Shown here: positions 1-13,407 of the stretch, in pieces
Numbering within the stretch: position 1 is the first letter of the stretch
Layout: the number at the start of each line of letters is the position of its first letter
NCBI GenBank assembly: GCA_039096225.1
Contig: JBBPEB010000019.1
Coordinates: 124,001-188,000 of the forward strand
Source: Blastocystis sp. Blastoise
Taxonomy: Eukaryota; Protista; Bigyra: Opalinata
Direction: 5' to 3'
DNA length: 64,000 nucleotides
The notes under the pieces: model-generated
The model's database searches: none
What the model was told of the DNA's origin: nothing
Seen by the model: only the letters and a program-made list of their open reading frames with translations
Position numbers and translations under genes: made by a program

Positions 1-445
1 TATAGGTGTCTTTTCTAATAGGGGATCTTATCACCCTAATGTTAGCTTTCATTTTAATAATAAAAATGTATCTAAAGGTATATATATATATATATATATA
101 TAACAAATATTTATAATATTTCTTTTAATATATCTATATCTTATATCTATATAGTGATGGTGTGAATAGTTTTTAATACTGAAGGTATATATATATATGT
201 TAGATATATTTATTATACTATCTCTTATTATATATATATATATCTTTTATCTATATAGGTTCTCTTAGTGTTATGGTTATGTTTAGATTTTTTTTTTTTA
301 GTTCTTTTTCTTTTTCTTTTGCTTATTATTATTATTATTTTTCACATTTAATAGCTTTCTATTATCTGCTTTCTTTATATTATTTATTTATTTATGCTGT
401 TGTTATCGTTTTAGCTATTCTATATTTAAATGTTTTCTTTTGTTC

Positions 446-483
<38 letters not shown>

Positions 484-1783
484 TTAAATTGTGTCGACTA
501 TTAAGATAATTCTTCAATTACTTAATATATTAAATAGTGTCAAGTTTTTAAATGTTTGGATTCAATTTAATTTAAAATATCTATTGTCCACTTTTAACTT
601 TATATAGTATAACTGATTTAATACTGTCAATGATTGAGATATTTAAGTTTTGTTTTTCTCCACTAATTCATCTTGCATATATATATTATTGTGTAAATAT
701 AAAGTCATAAAAGTAAGTTTAAGGTTGTAAAATTTAAAAAATTGTAAAAAGGGGTTCTTAAACTAAGAGATTCGAAATTCTAAAAAATGATTTAATATAC
801 ACTAAGCTAAATTCTACAACATATTAAAAATTAAGAGAATTTCATTTTTGAAAAGTTAATTAACAATGTGTTTGAGTTGTCTAGAAATTTTAAAGAGTTA
901 GCTTCTTTGTTTAAAATTGTGTTTTTATTATACTATGAAAATTTTGACTTTTAAAAACAAGTTTAAAGGGGTTTATTTTTTTAAATGTAGAAATAAGTTA
1001 CTCAACGGACGAGATTCAATATAAAACATTTTATTTATCAAACTATGAACTATAGTCTAAATTATATTAAAAGAAGTGACAAAAATACTCTTGAAAAAGT
1101 GTATGACCAAATGTAAAATGTTTATAAAGAGTGTTAAAATGGTAACTAATGTATTGATAGAGTTATGTTGAGTATAGTGTTTAAATATTAGAGTTTTAAA
1201 TTAACTATAAGTGTGTCAATTTTTCAAAATGTATTAAAAAGCGTCATGAGGTCAGAGATTCAAGACATTAAACTATAATTAATAAATAATACAATGAGAT
1301 CTATACTGTGTGAAAGTTATGTCTAAAACGATTTTGATACAGTGGATATCGAAATGGTAAAGTCTCTCTAAAAGCGATATTGTTGATACTGTTATGTATA
1401 AAAATTCTATTTAGATTGATTTCATTAATATTAATTCTAAAACTATGTGTTTAAGTCGTTAATGTGAAAATAAATGTTGATATTGTTGTGTTAAATTTGT
1501 TTTAGTTTTATGAAATGGTTAAAAATAGTTTAAACTACTTTATTCTAATCTATTTAAATTAATTTAATAAAATAAAAATATTTTTCAATACTTCACATTG
1601 TGACCCATTTCGAGATTTATTAGCTTTAGAAATTCCATAATGATTAAAAAAGTAACTAAACTATTTATAAATACAAAATATATTTAAAAAAAAATAAATA
1701 ACAAATATAATGAATCAAACAAGAATTTATATATTTTTTTTTGTTTTTAGTTTTTCAGATATTATTTAAATAATCTATTTAAT

Positions 1784-1851
1784 TCTTATATCAGGAATTG
1801 AACCTGATAACAATCAATAAATGATTGTTACTCTCCATATAGAGTATAAGA
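1784..1851 (-). ncRNA. tRNA-like cloverleaf, 3'-proximal type, in copy A
   Basis: Minus strand folds as TCTTATA / CTCT-ATATGG-AGAG / TAACAATC-ATTTATT-GATTGTTA / TCAGG-TTCAATT-CCTGA / TATAAGA. Confidence 0.7.
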
Positions 1852-2034
1852 AGTTTTATTAAAATAATGTATAATATATATAATATATTATATATAATAA
1901 GTAACATCTAATAGATAATATTTAATAAATAATACATATTATATAATATATAATATATAATATATAATATATAATATATTATAGATAATAAGGAAAGAAA
2001 TTGTATAAAAACCAAACACTTATTATTCATTGCA

Positions 2035-2081
2035 GCCGCGGTCCGGTGCCGTTAGGCCCCGGACCTGCGGCGTGACCCTAG
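2035..2081 (+). terminator. Helitron 3' subterminal hairpin and CTAG end (copy A)
   Basis: GCCGC-GGTCCGG-T-GCC-GTTA-GGC-C-CCGGACC-T-GCGGC-GTGACCCTAG. The same sequence ends B (to 15492) and C (from 8705, minus strand). Confidence 0.92.
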
Positions 2082-2335
2082 TATATTGAATTCTTCGAGC
2101 CTCTATATGAGTTAGACAAACAAAATAAGAATTTAAAGAATATAAAAAGCATACTAGCTAATCCATATAAATTCCAAGAAACAAAAATGGAACTTCTTCT
2201 CATGCAACATATCAGTAAAATCTTTATAAAATGCATTGAACAATTATCTAGTGACAAATATCCTATAATAAATATGTTCAACCTAATTAGTGTTCTTTCT
2301 AAAGAGATGAATTACCTAGAGGAAAATATAGATAA
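2082..2335 (+). pseudogene. hAT-like transposase fragment between Helitrons A and B
   Basis: Open frame YIEFFEPLYELD...EMNYLEENID(N) that continues in frame at 15493 once copy B is removed. Confidence 0.72.
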
Positions 2336-2959
2336 TCATTACTATTATAAAGCAAATAGGCAAAAAAATTCCCATTGGTCAGTTTTTGGAAAAACCATTT
2401 GATTGGCTACTATATACTATAGTTTGTCGCCGCAACTCCTCTAAACTTACGGGGAGTTAACTTTTGGTTGAAACACAGTTCAATACGATATAACGTGTAG
2501 TTTTGCACCGTATATTTGGATAAGCGATATTGTTTATAATTAAAAAGTTATTAATAAAAAAACAGAAAACATGATTTTTGAGTCGTTTTTGATTGGCTCT
2601 TTGGGGTGACCCCGATAAAAATTGTTGACCAGACAATTGAAAAATAAACATGGGGTAAACTTGATTTTTTCTCAATCCCACAATATACGTTATCCGTGTT
2701 TATTCTTTATATTTATCTATTTTTTAATACTTTTTCATATTGAACACGTGAGGCCTTAACGGTCAAATTTAGATTCTCAATTTGACATGATATTCTGATT
2801 CAGGAGGTCCAAAAACCTAGGTGTAGCGATTTTGAGCTCCTGAGGACGATTTTTGAGTGATCGATATTTTCTTCGATCTTCTTATAATGGACTAATATTG
2901 TAGCATAGTAATCAATAGGTCATCAAACTACTATAGTTAAAACAGAGTTTTAAAATAAC

Positions 2960-3780
2960 GAGTTTAAAAGTGACAATTTTGAAAAATGTGAATTAAGTGG
3001 TCTTAGAGTGAGAGATTCAATATTATGACTTTTATTTAGTAAACTAGACTTATAACTCTATTCTATATTAAAAGGAGAGTCAAAATTATGAAGGTCAAAG
3101 TATATGACCAAATGACAAAATGTGTCTTAAAAAGTAAAAGGGTTTATATATGTGTTTAGAATCATGTATCAAGTCTATTTTATGAATAAGAGCTTTAAAT
3201 AAATAGTTTAAGGTTGTCAAATTTAAAAGAATGTGTAAAACATAGTCTTAAACTATGAATAAAAAATTTAGAGATATTAATTAGTGTACAGCTGTAGTAG
3301 CTCTACAACATATCAAAAGTACAGTTAAAATAATTTTTAAAGAATGGATGTGTGAGGTGTTGTGACTATTATTTAAAATTTATTTTTACTTCAGTTTGAG
3401 CAAAATCGTGTTTTTGGAACACTGTAGAAAAATTAACTTAAAAAATCAACTCTAAGGGTCTTAATTTTTAGAAAATGTAAAAATGAGTGACTTAGAGGAC
3501 GAGATTCAAAATAAGAGCTTTTAGTCATTAAACTAGAGTGTATAACCTATATTATATTAAAAGGAGGGACAAAAATATTTTGATCAAAGTGTATGACCAA
3601 ATGGTAAAGTGTCTTTAAAAAGTCTAAAGTGTTGACTAATGTGTTCATAGGTCTAAATCAAGTTTAATTTTAAAATATTAGCTTTATATAATAAGTTAAA
3701 GGTTGTCTATTTGTCAAAATGTATTAAGTAGTGTCTTAAACAAAGAGATTCAAGAAGTTGACTTTCATTTTATAGATAGC
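2960..3780 (+). repeat. Diverged internal tandem repeat in the Helitron (~490 bp period, GAGATTCAA motifs)
   Basis: The 2981 and 3471 segments align (gagattcaa...ctatattaaaaggag...caaagt.tatgaccaaatg). Related units occur at about 700-1300. Copy D appears to have one unit fewer. Confidence 0.7.
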
Positions 3781-4213
3781 ATGTGTATATAAACACTTTA
3801 TGAAAAGTACTTTAGAAAATATTGTGGATGAGTGTTTTGCCAAATGGTAAAGTTGTATCAAGAGTTGATTGTTTCCATTCCTTTTTGTATAAATCAATGT
3901 TTCGTGTTTACTCTATAAAAATAAATTATTAATACTGAGTTTAACGTTTTAAAGTCGACATGTGTGTTTGGTTTGTTTACTTTTAATTATTAAAATTGAG
4001 TTTAAATTGATAAATTATGTCAGACACGTCTATATTGATTGATTCAAACAGTTTAGAGATAATTTATTTGTTTGAGTATAAATAGATTTGTTCTCATTGT
4101 GACTGTTGTTAAGAAGAGGAAGTCTAAAAAAGCTATAAAAAGTTAGATATATATGTTTAAGATCAAAATTGAAAAGTATAAATTAAAATGGTTTAAAATA
4201 AATTTAAAAAAGA

Positions 4214-4266
<53 letters not shown>

Positions 4267-4299
4267 GTGAATAAAATATTAAAAAATAAAAAAATAACA

Positions 4300-4365
4300 C
4301 TTTATGTCAGGAATTGAACCTGAAAACAATCTATATGATTGTTTCTCTCCTTCTAGAGCATAAAA
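4300..4365 (-). ncRNA. tRNA-like cloverleaf, 5'-proximal type, in copy B
   Basis: TTTTATG / CTCT-AGAAGG-AGAG / AAACAATC-ATATA-GATTGTTT / TCAGG-TTCAATT-CCTGA / CATAAAG. Confidence 0.7.
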
Positions 4366-4420
4366 GGAGTTTATAAATAATAATAATAATCAAATATATA
4401 TATTTATATATATATAATAA

Positions 4421-4795
4421 GAAGGAAATGAAGTGGAAGGATGAGGAAGAAGGAAGTAGGAAGGATTAGGAAGAAGAAGTAAGAATAAGGAAGGATGAGG
4501 AAGAAGGATGAGAAAGAAGGAAGTAAGAAGAAGTAAGAATAAGGAAGGATGAGGAAGAAGGAAGAATCCAGAATGAAGAAGAAGTAAGTAAGAAGAATCA
4601 AAGATGAGGAAGAAGGAAGAAGGAAGTAGGAAGTAGGAAGTAGGAAGCATGAATGAAGAATGAAATAGGAAGAAGGAAGCATGAATGGAGAAGGAAATAG
4701 GAAGAAGGAAGAAGGAATGAAGAAGGAAATAGGAAGTAGAAAGAATGAGAAAGAAGTAAGAAGGAAGAAGAAAGAAGAAAAAAAGAATAAGAAGA
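4421..4795 (+). repeat. Purine-rich (GAA/GGAA) tract in the Helitron
   Basis: About 375 bp, almost all G/A. Inverted counterparts at about 12822-13198 (C) and 26130-26418 (D). Confidence 0.9.
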
Positions 4796-4943
4796 TTTTA
4801 AACCTATATAAAATAGAAAACATATAAAAAAGATAATATAAATAATTAATAAATACATAAATAAATATTAAAAATAAATAAATAAACATATAAAATAAAT
4901 AAATAATAATAAATAAATAAACATATAAATATAATAAATATAA

Positions 4944-4986
<43 letters not shown>

Positions 4987-5551
4987 AATAAATAAATAAA
5001 TAAATAAATAAAATAAATTTAATAAATAAAATATAAATAAATAAAGAAACAATAAATAACAAAAATAATAAATAAAATATAAATATATACATATAAATCA
5101 ACCTGAAACCACAGATTTAAAAGAAAGACATGAAAAAACGAAGAGTATAACACACACATCAGTTACATTTTCTTCCCTATAGAATAAAAATAACTAATAA
5201 TCTATTGATTAATTATATATAAAGAAAATATAAACCAAAAAGATAATAAAAAAAGAAACAATTAAAGAAACAAATGAATTAAAAATGAAATATTATAAAA
5301 AATATATATATTTATATACCTGACACTAAATAAACCATTTCATTTAACCAGGACCACTTCAAGAACCACTAACCATGACAACCAAGGCAAATACAAGAGA
5401 ATCCTATAAAGAAGTGTATTATTTTAAATAAATAAATTAGTATATAAATAGATAAATATAATACTAAGTTAAATAACTTTAAATAAATAAATAAAACACA
5501 CTAAGTCAATCAATACAATAAAATATTTAAAAAAGAGTAAAGAACTATGTT

Positions 5552-5567
5552 TTTTGGGTACCCAAAA
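5552..5567. promoter_or_regulatory. Perfect 16-bp palindrome TTTTGGGTACCCAAAA, candidate bidirectional promoter element
   Basis: Identical at 12051-12066 and 25425-25440. Lies about 190 bp upstream of the RepHel ATG, between oppositely oriented intron polarities. Confidence 0.5.
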
Positions 5568-5761
5568 TGATTTTAAACCAGAATGACCCAATTATTACTT
5601 TTGTAATAAAATCAATGAAAAATTAAGGCAATTTTTGATTTCTATTATGTTTTAAGAAGCATATTTTAAAAATAGACCCTATTATATTTATTAATTCAAA
5701 TGAAATAGGATTGTTAAATACATAATCTAATACTCATTTATATATTAAATTATTAATTATG

Positions 5762-7108
5762 ATGTCTAAGAACAACAAAATTGCTTCAAGGTGGAGGTCT
5801 GGAAATAAAAAATAATTTATATTTCAAAGAAAATCAGGTATATTGTATCTATTTGTTATTAGTATTCATATTTAGGTTCTTCTACTCAATAGAATCCAGT
5901 TATGTATGTTCTTAGTCTTGGTGGTACTTGCTCTGATGGTCTTAAAGGTATATATTTTCCATTTCTTTTTTTATTAATTATTTATTATATTATTTTAGGT
6001 TGTTCTATGTTATTTGTATCATACAGAGGTGGTGGTGTTGCCTGTTATGCTAACTGTGAAGGTATGTTGTCAATGATTTGTTTTTATTTTTTTAACTTTT
6101 CTTTATATATAGGTTCTTCTGTTATTGTAAGTGATTCCAATAGTGATATCGGTGTTGATGTAGGTTCTTCTTGCTTTATAGATGGTATGTTACCAATCAT
6201 TTTTTTTTTTTTTTTATATTTTATTATTATTTTTTTATTATTTTTATATATATAGGTTCTTCAGTTGTTGTACATGTTAACAGTGATGTTGATAATAGAT
6301 GTCTGTGTGGTGTTGAAGGTATGTTGTCATTCATTTATTTTTCTTTTTTTACTTTTATATATATAGGTTTGTTTTATTGATGTAAATGTTGCTATGGATG
6401 TTGTTGGTGATCAGGTAGACTGCTCATATGATATTAAAGGTATATATATATTGTCATTCATTTATTATTATTTTTTTTTATTTATTATTTGTCTATTACT
6501 GTTTCTTTATAGGTTATTCTACTGTTGTGGTTGTAGTTGCTGAACGTATTAATGATGAAGGTATGTCTACTTTTTAAATTTAATTTAGTTTATTATTATT
6601 TTTATCTTATATAGGTCGTTCTTTTCTTATGGAGTCTTGGATTAATGGTAATAATGATACAGGTATATTCTTATTTCTTCCTTTCTTTTTTTTTTGATTT
6701 ATTAATTATCTTTTCATTATATATAGGTTCTTCAAGTCAGTTAAGATATCATGGTGTTTCCTCTGTTCCTTCTTTAGAAGGTATATATATATATTTATTG
6801 TTTATATATATTTTATCATTTATTATATTATATATAGGTGTCTTTTCTAATAGGGGATCTTATCACCCTAATGTTAGCTTTCATTTTAATAATAAAAATG
6901 TATCTAAAGGTATATATATATATATATATATATAACAAATATTTATAATATTTCTTTTAATATATCTATATCTTATATCTATATAGTGATGGTGTGAATA
7001 GTTTTTAATACTGAAGGTATATATATATATGTTAGATATATTTATTATACTATCTCTTATTATATATATATATATCTTTTATCTATATAGGTTCTCTTAG
7101 TGTTATGG
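5762..7108 (+). pseudogene. Degenerate 5' micro-exon array of RepHel in copy B
   Basis: About 12 short exons with TATAG|G...G|GTAT junctions, homologous to D exons 1-11. In-frame TAA in exon 1 and TAG in exon 2, one 73-nt frameshifting exon, and no Rep or helicase exons. Confidence 0.8.
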
Positions 7109-8613
7109 TTATGTTTAGATTTTTTTTTTTAGTTCTTTTTCTTTTTCTTTTGCTTATTATTATTATTATTTTTCACATTTAATAGCTTTCTATTATCTGC
7201 TTTCTTTATATTATTTATTTATTTATGCTGTTGTTATCGTTTTAGCTATTCTATATTTAAATGTTTTCTTTTGTTCTATTTTTGTTTTGTTCTTTTTTTT
7301 TTTTTTTTTTTATTTAAATTGTGTCGACTATTAAGATAATTCTTCAATTACTTAATATATTAAATAGTGTCAAGTTTTTAAATGTTTGGATTCAATTTAA
7401 TTTAAAATATCTATTGTCCACTTTTAACTTTATATAGTATAACTGATTTAATACTGTCAATGATTGAGATATTTAAGTTTTGTTTTTCTCCACTAATTCA
7501 TCTTGCATATATATATTATTGTGTAAATATAAAGTCATAAAAGTAAGTTTAAGGTTGTAAAATTTAAAAAATTGTAAAAAGGGGTTCTTAAACTAAGAGA
7601 TTCGAAATTCTAAAAAATGATTTAATATACACTAAGCTAAATTCTACAACATATTAAAAATTAAGAGAATTTCATTTTTGAAAAGTTAATTAACAATGTG
7701 TTTGAGTTGTCTAGAAATTTTAAAGAGTTAGCTTCTTTGTTTAAAATTGTGTTTTTATTATACTATGAAAATTTTGACTTTTAAAAACAAGTTTAAAGGG
7801 GTTTATTTTTTTAAATGTAGAAATAAGTTACTCAACGGACGAGATTCAATATAAAACATTTTATTTATCAAACTATGAACTATAGTCTAAATTATATTAA
7901 AAGAAGTGACAAAAATACTCTTGAAAAAGTGTATGACCAAATGTAAAATGTTTATAAAGAGTGTTAAAATGGTAACTAATGTATTGATAGAGTTATGTTG
8001 AGTATAGTGTTTAAATATTAGAGTTTTAAATTAACTATAAGTGTGTCAATTTTTCAAAATGTATTAAAAAGCGTCATGAGGTCAGAGATTCAAGACATTA
8101 AACTATAATTAATAAATAATACAATGAGATCTATACTGTGTGAAAGTTATGTCTAAAACGATTTTGATACAGTGGATATCGAAATGGTAAAGTCTCTCTA
8201 AAAGCGATATTGTTGATACTGTTATGTATAAAAATTCTATTTAGATTGATTTCATTAATATTAATTCTAAAACTATGTGTTTAAGTCGTTAATGTGAAAA
8301 TAAATGTTGATATTGTTGTGTTAAATTTGTTTTAGTTTTATGAAATGGTTAAAAATAGTTTAAACTACTTTATTCTAATCTATTTAAATTAATTTAATAA
8401 AATAAAAATATTTTTCAATACTTCACATTGTGACCCATTTCGAGATTTATTAGCTTTAGAAATTCCATAATGATTAAAAAAGTAACTAAACTATTTATAA
8501 ATACAAAATATATTTAAAAAAAAATAAATAACAAATATAATGAATCAAACAAGAATTTATATATTTTTTTTTGTTTTTAGTTTTTCAGATATTATTTAAA
8601 TAATCTATTTAAT

Positions 8614-8681
8614 TCTTATATCAGGAATTGAACCTGATAACAATCAATAAATGATTGTTACTCTCCATATAGAGTATAAGA
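8614..8681 (-). ncRNA. tRNA-like cloverleaf, 3'-proximal type, in copy B
   Basis: Identical to 1784-1851. Confidence 0.7.
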
Positions 8682-8934
8682 AGTTTTATTAAAATAATGT
8701 ATAACTAGGGTCACGCCGCAGGTCCGGGGCCTAACGGCACCGGACCGCGGCTGCAATGAATAATAAGTGTTTGGTTTTTATACAATTTCTTTCCTTATTA
8801 TCTATAATATATTATATATTATATATTATATATTATATATTATATAATATGTATTATTTATTAAATATTATCTATTAGATGTTACTTATTATATATAATA
8901 TATTATATATATTATACATTATTTTAATAAAACT

Positions 8935-9002
8935 TCTTATACTCTATATGGAGAGTAACAATCATTTATTGATTGTTATCAGGTTCAATTCCTGATATAA
9001 GA
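8935..9002 (+). ncRNA. tRNA-like cloverleaf, 3'-proximal type, in copy C
   Basis: Reverse complement of 8614-8681, with a GGTTCAATTCC B-box-like T arm. Confidence 0.7.
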
Positions 9003-10509
9003 ATTAAATAGATTATTTAAATAATATCTGAAAAACTAAAAACAAAAAAAAATATATAAATTCTTGTTTGATTCATTATATTTGTTATTTATTTTTTTTT
9101 AAATATATTTTGTATTTATAAATAGTTTAGTTACTTTTTTAATCATTATGGAATTTCTAAAGCTAATAAATCTCGAAATGGGTCACAATGTGAAGTATTG
9201 AAAAATATTTTTATTTTATTAAATTAATTTAAATAGATTAGAATAAAGTAGTTTAAACTATTTTTAACCATTTCATAAAACTAAAACAAATTTAACACAA
9301 CAATATCAACATTTATTTTCACATTAACGACTTAAACACATAGTTTTAGAATTAATATTAATGAAATCAATCTAAATAGAATTTTTATACATAACAGTAT
9401 CAACAATATCGCTTTTAGAGAGACTTTACCATTTCGATATCCACTGTATCAAAATCGTTTTAGACATAACTTTCACACAGTATAGATCTCATTGTATTAT
9501 TTATTAATTATAGTTTAATGTCTTGAATCTCTGACCTCATGACGCTTTTTAATACATTTTGAAAAATTGACACACTTATAGTTAATTTAAAACTCTAATA
9601 TTTAAACACTATACTCAACATAACTCTATCAATACATTAGTTACCATTTTAACACTCTTTATAAACATTTTACATTTGGTCATACACTTTTTCAAGAGTA
9701 TTTTTGTCACTTCTTTTAATATAATTTAGACTATAGTTCATAGTTTGATAAATAAAATGTTTTATATTGAATCTCGTCCGTTGAGTAACTTATTTCTACA
9801 TTTAAAAAAATAAACCCCTTTAAACTTGTTTTTAAAAGTCAAAATTTTCATAGTATAATAAAAACACAATTTTAAACAAAGAAGCTAACTCTTTAAAATT
9901 TCTAGACAACTCAAACACATTGTTAATTAACTTTTCAAAAATGAAATTCTCTTAATTTTTAATATGTTGTAGAATTTAGCTTAGTGTATATTAAATCATT
10001 TTTTAGAATTTCGAATCTCTTAGTTTAAGAACCCCTTTTTACAATTTTTTAAATTTTACAACCTTAAACTTACTTTTATGACTTTATATTTACACAATAA
10101 TATATATATGCAAGATGAATTAGTGGAGAAAAACAAAACTTAAATATCTCAATCATTGACAGTATTAAATCAGTTATACTATATAAAGTTAAAAGTGGAC
10201 AATAGATATTTTAAATTAAATTGAATCCAAACATTTAAAAACTTGACACTATTTAATATATTAAGTAATTGAAGAATTATCTTAATAGTCGACACAATTT
10301 AAATAAAAAAAAAAAAAAGAAAAAGAACAAAACAAAAATAGAACAAAAGAAAACATTTAAATATAGAATAGCTAAAACGATAACAACAGCATAAATAAAT
10401 AAATAATATAAAGAAAGCAGATAATAGAAAGCTATTAAATGTGAAAAATAATAATAATAATAAGCAAAAGAAAAAGAAAAAGAACTAAAAAAAAAAAAAT
10501 CTAAACATA

Positions 10510-11856
10510 ACCATAACACTAAGAGAACCTATATAGATAAAAGATATATATATATATAATAAGAGATAGTATAATAAATATATCTAACATATATATATAT
10601 ACCTTCAGTATTAAAAACTATTCACACCATCACTATATAGATATAAGATATAGATATATTAAAAGAAATATTATAAATATTTGTTATATATATATATATA
10701 TATATATACCTTTAGATACATTTTTATTATTAAAATGAAAGCTAACATTAGGGTGATAAGATCCCCTATTAGAAAAGACACCTATATATAATATAATAAA
10801 TGATAAAATATATATAAACAATAAATATATATATATACCTTCTAAAGAAGGAACAGAGGAAACACCATGATATCTTAACTGACTTGAAGAACCTATATAT
10901 AATGAAAAGATAATTAATAAATCAAAAAAAAAGAAAGGAAGAAATAAGAATATACCTGTATCATTATTACCATTAATCCAAGACTCCATAAGAAAAGAAC
11001 GACCTATATAAGATAAAAATAATAATAAACTAAATTAAATTTAAAAAGTAGACATACCTTCATCATTAATACGTTCAGCAACTACAACCACAACAGTAGA
11101 ATAACCTATAAAGAAACAGTAATAGACAAATAATAAATAAAAAAAAATAATAATAAATGAATGACAATATATATATACCTTTAATATCATATGAGCAGTC
11201 TACCTGATCACCAACAACATCCATAGCAACATTTACATCAATAAAACAAACCTATATATATAAAAGTAAAAAAAGAAAAATAAATGAATGACAACATACC
11301 TTCAACACCACACAGACATCTATTATCAACATCACTGTTAACATGTACAACAACTGAAGAACCTATATATATAGAAATAATAAAAAAATAATAATAAAAT
11401 ATAAAAAAAAAAAATAAATGATTGGTAACATACCATCTATAAAGCAAGAAGAACCTACATCAACACCGATATCACTATTGGAATCACTTACAATAACAGA
11501 AGAACCTATATATAAAGAAAAGTTAAAAAAATAAAAACAAATCATTGACAACATACCTTCACAGTTAGCATAACAGGCAACACCACCACCTCTGTATGAT
11601 ACAAATAACATAGAACAACCTAAAATAATATAATAAATAATTAATAAAAAAAGAAATGGAAAATATATACCTTTAAGACCATCAGAGCAAGTACCACCAA
11701 GACTAAGAACATACATAACTGGATTCTATTGAGTAGAAGAACCTAAATATGAATACTAATAACAAATAGATACAATATACCTGATTTTCTTTGAAATATA
11801 AATTATTTTTTATTTCCAGACCTCCACCTTGAAGCAATTTTGTTGTTCTTAGACAT
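10510..11856 (-). pseudogene. Degenerate RepHel micro-exon array in copy C
   Basis: Reverse complement of 5762-7108. Confidence 0.8.
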
Positions 11857-12631
11857 CATAATTAATAATTTAATATATAAATGAGTATTAGATTATGTAT
11901 TTAACAATCCTATTTCATTTGAATTAATAAATATAATAGGGTCTATTTTTAAAATATGCTTCTTAAAACATAATAGAAATCAAAAATTGCCTTAATTTTT
12001 CATTGATTTTATTACAAAAGTAATAATTGGGTCATTCTGGTTTAAAATCATTTTGGGTACCCAAAAAACATAGTTCTTTACTCTTTTTTAAATATTTTAT
12101 TGTATTGATTGACTTAGTGTGTTTTATTTATTTATTTAAAGTTATTTAACTTAGTATTATATTTATCTATTTATATACTAATTTATTTATTTAAAATAAT
12201 ACACTTCTTTATAGGATTCTCTTGTATTTGCCTTGGTTGTCATGGTTAGTGGTTCTTGAAGTGGTCCTGGTTAAATGAAATGGTTTATTTAGTGTCAGGT
12301 ATATAAATATATATATTTTTTATAATATTTCATTTTTAATTCATTTGTTTCTTTAATTGTTTCTTTTTTTATTATCTTTTTGGTTTATATTTTCTTTATA
12401 TATAATTAATCAATAGATTATTAGTTATTTTTATTCTATAGGGAAGAAAATGTAACTGATGTGTGTGTTATACTCTTCGTTTTTTCATGTCTTTCTTTTA
12501 AATCTGTGGTTTCAGGTTGATTTATATGTATATATTTATATTTTATTTATTATTTTTGTTATTTATTGTTTCTTTATTTATTTATATTTTATTTATTAAA
12601 TTTATTTTATTTATTTATTTATTTATTTATT

Positions 12632-12674
<43 letters not shown>

Positions 12675-13252
12675 TTATATTTATTATATTTATATGTTTA
12701 TTTATTTATTATTATTTATTTATTTTATATGTTTATTTATTTATTTTTAATATTTATTTATGTATTTATTAATTATTTATATTATCTTTTTTATATGTTT
12801 TCTATTTTATATAGGTTTAAAATCTTCTTATTCTTTTTTTCTTCTTTCTTCTTCCTTCTTACTTCTTTCTCATTCTTTCTACTTCCTATTTCCTTCTTCA
12901 TTCCTTCTTCCTTCTTCCTATTTCCTTCTCCATTCATGCTTCCTTCTTCCTATTTCATTCTTCATTCATGCTTCCTACTTCCTACTTCCTACTTCCTTCT
13001 TCCTTCTTCCTCATCTTTGATTCTTCTTACTTACTTCTTCTTCATTCTGGATTCTTCCTTCTTCCTCATCCTTCCTTATTCTTACTTCTTCTTACTTCCT
13101 TCTTTCTCATCCTTCTTCCTCATCCTTCCTTATTCTTACTTCTTCTTCCTAATCCTTCCTACTTCCTTCTTCCTCATCCTTCCACTTCATTTCCTTCTTA
13201 TTATATATATATAAATATATATATTTGATTATTATTATTATTTATAAACTCC

Positions 13253-13318
13253 TTTTATGCTCTAGAAGGAGAGAAACAATCATATAGATTGTTTTCAGGT
13301 TCAATTCCTGACATAAAG
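13253..13318 (+). ncRNA. tRNA-like cloverleaf, 5'-proximal type, in copy C
   Basis: Reverse complement of 4300-4365, followed within a few nt by a T7 run. Confidence 0.7.
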
Positions 13319-13348
13319 TGTTATTTTTTTATTTTTTAATATTTTATT

Positions 13349-13407
<59 letters not shown>

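Larger units (their letters stand above)
1..2081 (+). mobile_element. Non-autonomous Helitron copy A (5' part outside window)
   Basis: Nearly identical to the 3' part of copy B (about 6833-8704 plus 15286-15492). Ends in a GC hairpin plus CTAG (2078-2081), followed by T. Confidence 0.93.

Noticed and set aside
4390-5101. F/L/S/Y/I-rich ORFs here and at 12517-13228 and 25841-26260
   Set aside because: They are translations of low-complexity tracts, and the frames are not conserved between C and D.
5762-5900. In-frame TAA/TAG in micro-exons as evidence of a reassigned genetic code
   Set aside because: Host genes terminate at TAA at conserved positions (RPS5, RPE), long ORFs have no internal stops, and these copies also have a frameshift.
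8935-9002. Genuine tRNA gene (loop could read TTA)
   Set aside because: It lacks positions 8-9 and the variable loop, has an 8-bp arm, and loop size and sequence vary among copies. Reported as tRNA-like instead.
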